The position numbers and the translations under genes were made by a program. DNA of 64,000 bases, from contig OZ241834.1 in the NCBI GenBank assembly GCA_965202585.1, positions 248,001-312,000 on the forward strand, in the 5' to 3' direction. Numbering within the stretch: the stretch's first letter is position 1; each line of letters opens with the position of its first letter. This DNA is from Thalia democratica (taxonomy: Eukaryota). Below the pieces are notes generated by a model, which saw only the letters and a program-made list of their open reading frames with translations, was not told the origin of the DNA and did not search any database. Positions 1-13,046 of this stretch are shown one piece after another.

Positions 1-3000
1 AGTTCTAAGTTTTATTCTTGTTTACAGTGATATTACCACTACTGGCATTTTTAATAGAATTTTTTGTTGTATTTATCCTAGTTGCATAATAAAAAAAGTA
101 AAACTAAAATAAAAATCTAAGAACACAAATTTTGTACTGACCATTGGCAGACTATAACTATTGGCAGATTTAGGTCTTAAAATAGGATAATTTACTATTA
201 TCTTACCAGAACTGTTTCTAGTTTTTTTTTATTGCATACTTTTTAAATTTATATTCTACCATATAATATTTTTAACTATTTAAAAAATTGGAAAAGTTTA
301 AGACAGTGTTAATAGTAAAAAGCTAGATGATGAAGCGTGATGATCAAATCCTCTATTTAAATTAAAAAACTTTGAAACAAAACTACCAACCATAGTTGTG
401 TTTTGAGATTTGATAATTATTATTTTATCAATAATCTTTATTTGTTGTTATATAACAAACTTGTTATTTATTAGCATAGCTTGTTTAGATAGTTTCTGTG
501 ATTAAAATGGTTTTTTTGAAATAGTTAAGACAAAAATTGTGCCTATATAAGTCAAATTTTGTTTAACATCGACAGACTTTAGACTAATATAATAATCATA
601 AAATGATATCATTTTTTAAATTATTATTCCAAATGTTTATGTATATCAATTTTTTTTTTGACTCAATAAGGCAGTATATTAACTAATTCAACAACTAGTT
701 TAATTTAACAAACGTTAAAAAACAATAAAACTTTCTATTTTTTAATGGGTAAAAAATAAATAATTATATTTTAGGTACATTTAGGTAATTTAAAAGCATA
801 ATGTGTAGGTTAACTTTATACAATACTAATATTAAGACTGTTTTCGGACTCAATTCACATTAACTTTTAATATATTAAAATAGTTTAATTTTTTTAACTA
901 ATGAGTCATTAGTTGTAGCTGAAAAATTAATTAAAAAATGTCAAGTTTATTGAACGATAAAAAAAGCATTTAAAGTAATTGGTTCTAGAACCTGGTGAAC
1001 GAAAAATCCTTTCGGTTATTAAGTACCACAGTACTTGAATACCTTTTAACGTCTTGTCCACGAGTTTCTTAATAAATGTTTTTATTTATTTTTGATTATA
1101 ATGTTTTTTGTTATAACAGTATCATATAGTTAGTAACTAATCCACGGATCTAGTTTAATTTTTATTATTAATTTGTTAAACTATGTGTTGAGTACTTGAT
1201 AAACCTGAATTTTAAAGTGTTTATCATTATTCCACAAAAGAATTGATTTAACTAAGTCAAGAATCACAATAGCAAAAAAAATAAAGTTTTTTTTTTGTTT
1301 TTAAAAGGAAATGAAACATGTTTTTTTATTTTTAGTTACTCTCCAGATAAATAAGCTAAACAGTTTTTTTTATGTTTTAGTCTTTAGAACTCAGTTATTG
1401 TAATAAACTTAAAAACAAGTTTTATTTATAAATTATAAGTTTTAAAACAACTTTTATTTTTCTAGCTATTTTATTTCTTTAACTTTGTCTTCAAGAAATA
1501 CTGTAGTAAAACATACGAAAACCCTACTGATTATAAACTTTTATCAGTAAATAACTTCAAAGCGTTTTTAAAAATTTTAATAACGCTTAAAGTTAAGATT
1601 TATAATCATAATTCTTACTACAATTTTTATGTGTAATTAAAGAATTAAATAATGGTATTCTACCTTCTAGTTAAATAATTTAATGCTTGAAATTTAATTT
1701 TAAAAAATTTAAAAGCTTTACAAATAAAAAAAACTTTCGTACTAAGACAAATTTCTAAAGAACAAAAAAAATTTAAAAAAAGTTAAAAACAGCCGTTATC
1801 GTATAAAAGTAAAACTTATTACTTAATTAAACTGGTTATGGTTATTTAACACTAATTATAAATTTTATACTAATTAAACTCAGTAAATAATTATTCAGTT
1901 AGTGAGCTAATAAAAAAAAAATGGAATAAAATTTTTATAGTTGGTTTGCAATTTTTTATGAATACTACTTTAAGAATAATCAAAGTACTTAAAATATTAA
2001 AGTATAATATAATAAACAAAGGATTTAGAACGCAGATAAAAGTTAATTTGCATGTGTTTTATTTATTCTAACTCTAAACCGATTGTTTATAAAAGATTGT
2101 CCTAGACAAGAGGTAAAACTGCATCCAAGTGGTGTAAGACTCGATAACCAAAAGGTTTATTGTGCACCAAGTTCTGGGACAAATTGTATAAAGTGTTTTC
2201 TTTTCAATATACATTGTTAAATATACCCTCCGAATTTTATCTAATGAATAGTCAAAAAAACACTAGTTGTAAAAAACTTCAAAATTTAGGAACTTTAGTT
2301 TTTAAATTGAAAAAAAATTTAAGCTCTTTTATGTGAAATATTCAAATGAAAACAATGAAAATTTTGTATTTAAGTACATGTGTTTTATTTTTATTTAGTA
2401 AGCCTTTAAAAGTATAATTGAAATTAAGACTTACTTCTTAAAATTAAGTTTTTAAGACCGAATTTTTTTATTTTAGTAAATATTTAAATATATAAAAGAT
2501 TGAGGTTTTACTTTTCACAACTAAATTTAAATCACTAAAAAGGTTTAAAAAATGTCTTAAACTTTAATCTTTACTTAAACTAGTTAATACTATAAACATT
2601 ACATTAAAATAGTTCTTCTTTATAATATATTAACAGAATACTTTTTCAAAAACTTTATTAAAATAAAAAATCTCTCTTAACGTAATTAACCGTAAAAATT
2701 GACTGTATTAAAAAATAATTAATGTTTGATTACTGACTAAATAAAAATACAAAAACCGTTACCAGCTATTATATAACAAACTACTAAATTTTTTGTTAAG
2801 TTATTTTGATAATTTTTCTAGTGTTACATATTTAGTTAAACTTCAAATGTGTATAAAATTTACATAAGTTCTCAAAAAAACTACTATTAAAATTATTCAA
2901 GCTAAAAAAGAATCACTAGAACAAAAAATTTTTCAATAAGTTAAATGTGGTTAAAAGGAATAATAAACAAAATCTTAAAAAATTAAAAAACATGATAAAT

Positions 3001-4619
3001 AATGTTTATATTCTGAAATATTTTAACTTTAGAGGTGATGAAAAATAATTTTATGTAATAAAACTTTATTTACAAAATATTGTCTATTTGCAAGCTAATA
3101 ATTACTATAACTAATACTTAAATACGAAAATATTTTGAAATAAAAGACCAATATTAAAAAATCAATAACTACTCATCATTACTTATAAAAACATAGCTTT
3201 TTTTAGTCTATTAGTTTAATTTTAGTACATTAGTACATTAAGGCCTTCAAACTTGCAAACGTTTTCTTAATTAAACTTTCCGTAAAATTTACGTATTTTA
3301 AATCATACAGTAACTAAGTTGGGTGCAAATTAACTTTTGCAGACAGTTGAGTGAAGCAAAGACAAATAATCTCAGTGCCAATCATGGGTAAAAGCATTTG
3401 AATTTGTTTTTGTGATCAACAAGAATTTTAAGTAAAACATATGTGCCTTTGTATAAAAAACTATATATTTCTATTAAGAAAACAAAGAACTTAATTATTT
3501 AACCTAAAAAAGATATAACAGACTATTAATATATTTTTTTTAGAATAAATGAATGTAATTGAACATTATTTCTAAGTTTTTACAATTAATATTTTTTAAA
3601 TATTATTCAGGGGTAACTTTAAAATTTCTTTGTAATATAATACATAACTTATAAGAGTATTACGATGAACGTTTAAACAAATTTAAATTTTTTATCAAAC
3701 TTTGAATGCTTTTAAGCAAATGAAATAGAAAAAAGTAATCCGAAATTCAATTGTGGTTAATAAATGACTAAAAAATCAAATTAAATTTGAAAATGCATCG
3801 AAAAGCTGAGAAATTTTTGTAAAGTAACATTAAAAAATGTTTGTAATTATCCAAATACATAAAATTTTACTGCTTTGTTAAAATAAGTACAAATTTTCTT
3901 TCGTCTTATGTTTTAGTATATCGAAATTTTAAAACAATAAAAATGTTTTTATCAATTTATTAAAAATTAACAGAATGAAATTGAAGAAAGTATCATGAAA
4001 TGAAAAGTTAACAAAATACTATCGGATAACCAATTTATTGGACCAGTAATCTCGCATTATTATTATATAGTAAAATTGTTATTTTTATTCTTTAAATAAT
4101 AATTCACTTATTTTAGTCAAACGAAGTAATTTTTTATTTCTATTTTTAAAAGTTATTAAGTTTTTACAAAATATAAACTTTAGTTGGCTTGCAAAGATTA
4201 ACAAAAGACGTTGTCTGTTCAAAGCCTAGGTTTCAAAATAAAAACCAAGTCTACAAACTCTGGTTCTTTAACCATATTACTGGTCACAACGAAATAATGT
4301 GATATTTTCTAATGTAATAGGTCAGAGATTCTTTTAAACGTGTAGTAGCAATAACAGCGATTATTAATAATAATAATGATAACAAACTTATATTTTAAAG
4401 TACCCTTTGCAGAGTTTTTATAAATAAAATATTGATAATCATCTTGTATACATAACTAAAATTAACATCAACAATTTTTTAAATAGACATTTTTTTCAGC
4501 TGTTCAACCGTTTAGTTACCTTAAAAGCAAAAAAAATCTATACTTCACAGATATCCAAATAATTTGACTATGATTTTAAATCTAAATTTCTATTCCAAGA
4601 ACAATCTAAATTCTAAGAA

Positions 4620-5859
4620 CAATTTGTTTTTTTGACATAAAAAGCCTCTTTACTAATGTCACAGTAGATGAAACTATAAACATATGTTTAAATGAACTTT
4701 ATAATTCTGGTATTACAGCTCTTTCTATTCCAAAAGATGCTTGTCTTAATATGTTAAACATGGCAGTAAAAAATGTTGAATTCAGATTTAAATCTTATAT
4801 TTATAAACAGATAGATGGAGTGGCGATGGGTAGTCCACTTGGCCCTATTTTAGCCAACATTTTTGTTGGATACTTTGAAACAATGCTCTTTTCCAAGTAT
4901 CAAAAACCAATAAACTATATTAGATATGTTGATGACATTTTTGTGTCTTACAATGATGAATATAACATTGATGAATTATTTAGCAAAACTTCGAATTTAC
5001 ACCCAAATTTAAAATTTACTATTGAAAAAGAAAAAGACGATTGCTTACCTTTCTTGGATGTACATCTGTTGCGTACATCTTCTGAATTGCTTACTACTGT
5101 TTATAGAAACCCAACATTTGCTGGCCAATATATTCCATCTCAGTCATTTTGCCCTTTATCTCAAAAACTCGGTTTAATTTCCTGATTAGTATTCAGAGCA
5201 CACAAGATTTGTTCGAAAAACTTGTTTAAAGAAGAATTAGACAAAATAAAAAATAATTTTGAAGCTCTTGGTTATCCATCGCATATAATCAGAAAGACAA
5301 TTAACAATACAATCTCAAAATTTGAAAAACCTGTTAAATTTGGTCCTAGTAAATGTCCTGTATATTTGAGATTGCCATATCTCGGTAAGGTAGCAACTGC
5401 TCTCGAAAAGACTGTCAAATACACTGTAAACTCCACTTTTAACTCTGTACAACTAAGAATTAGTCATGCTACAATAGAGCCCTTAAATGGAATTTATAAA
5501 GACCGTACTGCCGATCATGAAAAAAGCAAAATAATTTGTATGTACAAATGCCACTGCGACAGTAAGTAAATTGGCAGAACGTCCCAGAAAGAAGGGACCA
5601 ACACGTTTTTAATTCCCTCAGAAGATGGATGGACACTGGTTTAAAAAAACCATCTAATAGATCATCAGCGATTGCAGAACATTTATTAAACAATTCAGAT
5701 TGTGCAAAGAACTGAGGTGATAGTAACTTTTCAATTTTAAGTAAAGCTCGTAACGATTATCACCTAAGTGTTTTAGAACCTTTATTTATAAAAACATGCA
5801 AACCTAATTTGTGTAAGCAACAATACGTTTATAAATCTAATCTTTATAAGTTGTTATAG
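4620..5859 (+). mobile_element. Penelope-like retroelement remnant (RT C-terminal half + GIY-YIG endonuclease), 5'-truncated and degenerate
   Basis: ORF 4751-5185 has QIDGVAMGSPLGPILANIF, YIRYVDD, FLDV and YRNPT motifs typical of PLE RT. ORF 5222-5569 has VYLRLPYLG. Downstream frames give CMYKCHCDSK*IGRT, SAIAEHLLN and LSVLEPLFIKTCKPNLCKQ (GIY-YIG), ending at TAG 5859. Stops and frameshifts are present. Confidence 0.92.
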
Positions 5860-7409
5860 ATTTTATTTGAATTTTGTCGATAATTTTTATTTTCGTTGTT
5901 GCTTATCTTAGTTAAATTACTGATCAACTGTTTTATATATGCATTTATGAATTGTGAATGTCTAATTAATTAATTTTTGCTCAATTATGCTAATTAGTGT
6001 TAATTGATTTTTCTGATTTTTTCTGATGTAACCTCTAACTATTTATTTACTCAAAATTTAATCTTAAAATTAGTTGCTAACAAAAGTAGTTGAAAAGCAT
6101 TAGCCGAAATCGATTTTACTTGTTTTTTGCTTTAATAAAGATGATTTTGAATGAATTTTGTCTTAGATTGCTGTACAACATATGTTGTACTAAAAAGTTA
6201 ATCAATATTTCTTAAACTTCTTTCCTAAACTAACAAAATACTTATATATCACCAAAGTATGGGTCAGCAGCTTGTTATAATTTGGAGATTTCTAAAAGAA
6301 AAATGGCTAGCTGGCTTCAATAAGTATCCTCTCAGGGCCGCATTCAAAAAAAAAATGAATTAGATAATTCAAAAACACTGTTTTAAACCAAAGTAAGAAA
6401 TTGTAACGCAACATTGTTTAGCAAGTATCAAATATATTGTCTAGTTGTATATATTTACTACAAAAACTTTTTCGTTTTAAAAAGTTATGCTTTTATCTTA
6501 AATGTGGCTCAATTTTTTGCTTGGTTAGCCGCGTTTGACCCACAGTTTTCTAACCTCTTCAATAGAGTACAGAATATTTGGGTATGACCTTATTAATCTA
6601 ATGGTATGACTAATCAAAGCCATATTTGGCCTCTGCAATATATTGCAATAATCTCACTGTTTGTGTTTGACGTTAAAAAGTATTAAAGTGGTGTGTTTCT
6701 CTATAACCGAAACAATTTCTTTGTACACAAGGTCGAAAGTCCAAATATTTTAAGCAATATTTTTGCTGTTTAATAAACAGAAGACATGGATATGTTCTAT
6801 TAGTCATTTAGACTAGTAAGTTAAAAGTTATATTTAAGCATAAAATCAAATAAAGTAGAGATATCACTAAAAAGAATTACGTTTAGTATTGTTATTTTGT
6901 TATCAATTAGTATTTTAGAAATGTCTCAAATGTAACAATTTTATGTGAAAAGTTAAACTATTTCTACTAAAACCTAAACAACGTGTTTTATGTAGGATTT
7001 TTTTTTTCTACAACTATTAACTTACTTTATAAGCAACATATTTTTCTGACAAAAAACATTTTTAAATACCCTTTGTATGCAAAGTTGTACATAAACACTT
7101 AAACTTATTGAAACAAGGTCTGTTAACAGAAAATACAAATTTTTAATAAAAATATATCTGAGAAGATTAATATTTTTCTAAACTAACTATTGTCGATGTT
7201 CATTTGAATAGTAGATTTTATTCTCTAATCAAGCAATTTTTACGCAATGTAAGAAACCTCTTTAATGCAAATAAACTATGTTGCTGTCATTATATATAGT
7301 GCTGCTGTACCTAAAGAAAAAAAACATTAAATGCTAACAAAAAACCTAATCATCAAGTTCTGCACCGCATTTGTAAAAGAGACTTTTTATATGGAAAGAA
7401 TACGTACGT

Positions 7410-8621
7410 TAAGATGAAACCATAAACATATGTGTAAACGAGCTTTATAGTTCAAATCCAAATCCACCAATGTTTCAAAAAGATATATGCCAGAGTTTGC
7501 TTTATATGGCAGCTAAGAACGTAGAATTTAGGTTCAACAATTACATCTATAGACAAGTCGACGGTATCGCGATGGGCAGTCCCTTGGGTCCTGTGTTAGC
7601 AAATATATTTGTTGGCTATTTTGAGTCCATTTTATTTACGAATACAGAAAAACCTCTTAATTACTTTAGATATGTTGACGATATTTTTATTTCTTACAAG
7701 ACAGACTAAAATGTTGATGATTTATTTGACCAAATCTCCAACTTACATCCTTTACTTAAGTTCACTCGTGAGCATGAAGCTGATGGCTCTTTACCTTTCC
7801 TTGATGTCTTAGTTCAAAGAACACCAACCTCTTTAAACACATTCATTTATAGAAAACCAACTTTCGTAGGCCAATATATTCCTTGGCAGTCTTTTTGTCC
7901 CTCTTACAAAAAACCAACTTAATATCGTGCTTAGTTTTTCGAGCAAATAAAATATGTTCTAAGGTAAAACTAAGTGAAGAAATCAATAACATTAAAATTA
8001 TTTTTGGCTCCTTAGGTTACCCTTTAGAAGTTATTGAAAAAACAATTAATAGGACTACAGCGAAGCTTGTCAGCCCTACAAAACACAACCCAAACAAATG
8101 TGTAGTATATTTAAGACTTCCATATTTAGGAAAGGAAGCTAAGTTTTTTGAAAACCAAGTTTTAGAAACCGTAGATAATACTTTTGGGGCAGTTAATTTA
8201 AGAATTACTCATTCCACCTTGTTAAGAAAACCCCTTAACGGAATTGTTAAAAATCTCACTCCTGGATCCAGAAAATAACAATATAATCTATAAATACAAA
8301 TGCCACTGTGATAGTGAATATATTGGGAGAACTTTGCAACGATTTCACATAAGAAGGGACCAACACGTGACCAACGCCTTAAGAAACTGGATGATCTATG
8401 GGACTAATAAGCCAATAAAAAGTCAATCGGCAATAGGTGAACATTTGTTAAATAATTTAGAATGCGCAAAAAACTATAAAGATAATATGTTTTCAATTGT
8501 TTGTAAAGGACGTAACATGTATCATTTAAGTGTTTTAGAATCTATATTTATGAAAACTAATAAGCCAAGTTTATGCAAACAAAAATTTGTTTATAACTCT
8601 AATTTGTTTAAATTATTGTAA
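7410..8621 (+). mobile_element. Second Penelope-like retroelement remnant (RT + GIY-YIG), related to but diverged from the first
   Basis: RQVDGIAMGSPLGPVLANIF and FRYVDD (7470-7709); VYLRLPYLG (7883-8278); IIYKYKCHCDSEYIGRT, AIGEHLLNN and LESIFMKTNKPSLCKQ (8244-8621). Broken by stops and frameshifts. Confidence 0.93.
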
Positions 8622-9938
8622 ATTTGCTACTAAGTTTTGTTTTTGTTCTTTAATTTTATTTTAAGAAAGTTTAAATAAGTCGGTTTTCTCTTAACAAAAT
8701 TGTTATTAATACTTTCAATTTCTAGTACTTAGCTTTATATTTTAAATTTTGTTAAACAACTTTATATTAGCATCGCCTAGTACATGTAATTTTATTTACC
8801 TATTATAACGCATAATCTTATAATTTTACTAATTTTACAAAAATCTATTTAGTTATCTACAAGAACTATTGAAAAGGGTAGATTGAAAAATTTTTAGTTC
8901 ACAAAAAAAAAATACTGCAAAATGAATTGTTGTCTCAAAATTTTTATATAAAGTTAGTACCGAAAAGAAATTATTTAATTGAATGGTAATACAATGTATG
9001 TATATATAACAAAAACTAGTATTGCTCTTTTTAAGTTTGTGGATTTGAGTATAACAAACCAAAATGGACTAGTGGTTTAAAATTAAAAATTGAGTTAGTT
9101 CAAATATTAATAACAATATTTTTTCATTTATTTTCTGAAAAATCATGCTGTACTAAAATTAAAAAGAAAAAGTTTGAAAAAAACAAAAAGTACGAAAGAA
9201 CGGCAAAAAGAAAATTAATGTTTAAATATATTTTCATTATTATGTCATAAAAGTTTTAATATATTTTCACTGCAACTCTTCATAAACTCACTGCAGACAT
9301 TTGAAATAAAACAATAGATTTCTTCAACTAAAAACATAAAATTTTAGAAAACTACTAGTGATTAATTATCAGATTGCTGTGAAAAAACAATCACCAGAAG
9401 AAATTTTAAATCTAAGAAGAAAACTAAAACCAATAAATTTTAGAAAAATATGCTTATAAGATTAATTAGGTTGCTGTAAAAAAACAATTTTGTAAATTTA
9501 TCTAGAATATTGTAAAATATTAATTAGTGAACAATAAATATTTAAAAAAAAAACTATATATTTTAAATTAACAAAGACCATTTCAAGTAAATAAAACACC
9601 AATAGAAACTTTGCAATAAATTAACCAATTTTTTCAAAAAATTGACAATTTTAAACAAATAGAGAAACCTTTTAGTCAAACTCTTTCTGCTTGCATAATT
9701 CAGATTCATTTAAAAACATTGAGATTGCTTTTAACCTAACTAAATCAATTGTAGTTTTATATTATATAGTTTTTTTTTTTTGATCTAAGTTTTAAATAAC
9801 ATTAACTACTTAAAAACTATTTAAGCAGTATAAACTTAATAAAAATTGATGTACTAAAATAGTTATACTTATTATATTTATTCTGAAAATTAAACTATAA
9901 GAAGTTAAAAACTATAAGTACAAATCTATTTTCATTAG

Positions 9939-10114
9939 AAGCTTCACATTAAAAAAACCAAACAATAATGAACTTGCTTTTTTAGATATTAGAATTGAGT
10001 AAGAATGAAATAGATTTTTAATATCAATGAATAGAAAGAAAACATTTACACTTTGATATTTGAATTTTCAATCCAACTTGATCAGAACTCTGTGTTGTCG
10101 TGCATTTTGCAAAG
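9939..10114 (+). mobile_element. Short, highly decayed Penelope-like RT fragment
   Basis: Translates as KLHIKKPNNNELAFLDIRIE*..ISMNRKKTFT..YLNFQSN..LIRTLCCRAF, matching the FT.EKE..L.FLD..YRK.TF..LI..L..RA segment seen in the two neighbouring PLE copies. Confidence 0.6.
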
Positions 10115-10289
10115 AAAGTAAAACATTAGAATAGTTCATATTTTGCTAAAATAGGAATAAAAACTGAATACTCAATTATAAGTTTGTAATATAAACTTTG
10201 TTATCAACTATAAATAATCGCAGTTTTTCTAAGGTTACAGAATAATAAAAATCAACAATTTACTTTCAACCCGAGAACTAAAAGAGTTT

Positions 10290-10680
10290 ATTTGCAAGGT
10301 CACCCTCCATGAACGCGTCAACAGCTTAGCGACCAGCTTCATGGCAACGTACTCTGACTAGCTCGGATAGTACCTCAATCGCTCTTATCAACGGGGAATT
10401 TACCTTTTCCGGAACCGGATTGTGTATAATAGCCAGCCGACACTTGGACTTAACGAACTTCATGGAATTGTCGACCCTTCTGATTGGTCACGTCAGCCAC
10501 CAGCCACATCGTCACGCTTTCTTTGACGACGTAAGTGTCGCTCAAACCATTACTAAGCAACGCAGTTTGCTAAGCTCAGAAAAGGAGAAGAGAAGGACTC
10601 TAGTCGGGGGATTTTATGGTGACGGCGAGAAAGAGATTCTGGTTGTTTCCGGAAAAAATAATCATGTTCAACCGTAATAA
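10290..10680. other. GC/CpG-richer island of unknown origin with promoter-like motifs
   Basis: Sharp rise in GC and CpG content against ~20% GC flanks; contains ATTGG (CCAAT on the minus strand) next to CACGTCA (CRE-like); followed by a TAA-rich tail. No recognisable protein. Confidence 0.3.
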
Positions 10681-11322
10681 TAATACGATAATACCTAATA
10701 CTTTTTAAACAAACAATAAAAATATTTCATATGTATTATGATGTAGTTTGTAAACAAGTATGTTATTTTGAGCCAAGAAAATTTATTTATTCGAGAAACT
10801 TTTTTGGGATAAATCATGTGCTTTTAGCGAAAAGCCAAATTTCGAAGTAATTATTATTTGACAAAAAAACTAGTAGTACAATATACTAACTCCTAATACA
10901 TATTTTAAATTAATGCAAATTTAAGTAAAAGTACTTTTGTAGAACTTAATTAGATATACAGCACCTATATACAATAAAAATACACTAATATTTAATAATA
11001 CTTGTTTTAAAATTTTGTTTGGCAAACTAAGTTTTGCAAAAAGAACTTGTCAATGCTTAAGATAAAAATTTAAAAGTTAGTAGAGACCTCTAGTTGTTTT
11101 TTCAACACTCAAACCTAAAGTATAAAAGTACTACTATTAAATACGTAACAACTTTTAATAACACTATATCAGCTTTGCTTGATAGTAAATCAACAAGAGA
11201 ATCTAATTTACATAAAGAGAACAAACTCATTGCCAAGAATTTATGCTTGATAAAGCTGTAAGCTTTGCATAAAATGAATTTTTTAGTCGTACAAGCACAT
11301 GCAAATATAATAAATACCTTGG

Positions 11323-11426
11323 TGTATAAGTATTTACCTAGCTTTAATTATGTTTTGTATTACAGACTTTATCATTCTTGTAACTAGTTTGTGAATAAAC
11401 TCAACCAAGAAAAATATATTAACTTA
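11323..11426 (+). repeat. ~104-bp LTR of gypsy family B
   Basis: Starts TGTATAAGTATTTACCTAGCT and aligns with the copies at 58451-58554 (minus strand) and 62416-62519. Confidence 0.85.
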
Positions 11427-11455
11427 TGATAAAGTCTAGCTGAATTGAATCAACA

Positions 11456-12340
11456 ATGCCTGTGATTAAATGCCCTCTTGATAGTTGCACATATGAAACA
11501 CCAGACGTCGATGCTTCTGTAGTTGCCTCTTTGCTTATCATTCACAACAATATTCACATTTATGCAAATTCTTCAAAACCAAAGCCTCCAAAGATGGACC
11601 GTCCTCGAATAGGGACATACTGCAATGAAGAGGGTTGGAACATATTTGTACAAAAGTGGACTATTTTTAAAGACATCATGGAGATTAAAGAGGTAGAAAA
11701 AGGTCGTCAACTGTACCAGTGCTGTGAGAAAGATCTAGGCGATGCTATTCTGAAGGGACATAAAGATGTAGTAAATTTAAGTGAGCAAGAGCTTTTAAGG
11801 ATGATCAAGCAGCTTGCAGTTATTCCTGTTTCAGTTGTTGTACGACGATTAGACTTTTTTTAGTGCAAGACAGGATTTGACTGAAAACACTAGATCATTT
11901 GCTGCCCGTTTAAAGGGAAAAGCCAGTACATGCTCGTACACATGTAAATGCCCAAAATATGGCTGTAATCAAATGATAGGTTTTACAGACATAATTCTAA
12001 AAAATATCATGGTAACAGGTTTAGCCGATGAGGATATCCGTAAAGAGGTGCTAGGATGGGAAAATCTAGATGAGAAGATTGTCAATGAGACAGTCGGTTT
12101 TATTGAAAGAAAAGAGATGGCACGTGATGCGATGATGCGTGATGGCACCTAAAACTTGCTGTTACAGCCTCAGTATTCTCATACAATTCCTTAAAGAAAC
12201 CACACTAAAACCAAGTGGTAAAATAACTTGTAGCATATGTAATAAATCAACTTATAAATTTGTTTGGAGCAGTAAAAATAAGAAGTATATTGAGTGTTCT
12301 TCCTGTAAACAATGCTGGATAAAGTCTTGTAAATAAAAAA
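11456..12340 (+). pseudogene. gag of gypsy family B (frameshifted)
   Basis: ORF pieces 11456-11863, 11877-12152 and 12139-12336 read as one Gag: KPKPPKMDRPRI, GWNIFVQKW, RSFAARLKGKA, VTGLADEDIRKEVL and a C-terminal CxxC..CxxC. Confidence 0.8.
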
Positions 12341-12527
12341 GTTTATCAAAGTCAGCAAAATAAAGCTGATGAATCAAACGCACTTCTGGTTGGTGGATTG
12401 TCTACACAAAATTCTGATAGCTTTTGCATCCGAAGTCGTAGGAAAAATATGTTTGAGCGTAAAAACGTAAAAAAGAAAAAGGAGGTAAAGGGACAGAAAA
12501 GTGTAATTCTCCACACTAGATGGCGAC

Positions 12528-13046
12528 TTGATTCCAAAAATTCTTTTCGAATCAATTTTTTGTGATTATTTTCAGTTCACAGGGTGGTATTATTTTGTAG
12601 CTGCCGACAGACTTTCAGGTTGGACGGAACAACAACGAGTCACATTAGGTACAAATTATTCTAGTTCAAAAGGGCTATGTAAAGCTTTGGCTATTTTTGT
12701 CACATTTGGTGTTCCTGTTGAAATATCTGCAGATGGTGTTCCAGAGTTTTCAACAAAAGTTACTAATTATTTTCTTAAACAAAGGGGTATACACCATCGT
12801 ATATCATCTGCATATCATTCAGTGTCAAACGGTAGGGCGAAATTAGCAATAAAAACATTTAAGCGTTTGTTAAAGGAAAACGTTGGTCTAAAAGGAGAAC
12901 TAAATAACGACAGAATGGTACAAGCTATACTTACGCAGAGAAATACGCCTGATCTAAGATGCAAACTATCCCCTGCACAGATCCTTTTGGGACGAAATTT
13001 AAAGAAGTCATTACCTTACGTCAGAAAGTTTTATGACTTACAATAA
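12528..13046 (+). pseudogene. Integrase core of gypsy family B
   Basis: D..D..E-like layout (CDYF, SADGVPEF, SNGRAK with the catalytic E lost) and RNTPD..KLSPAQILLGR. Confidence 0.85.
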
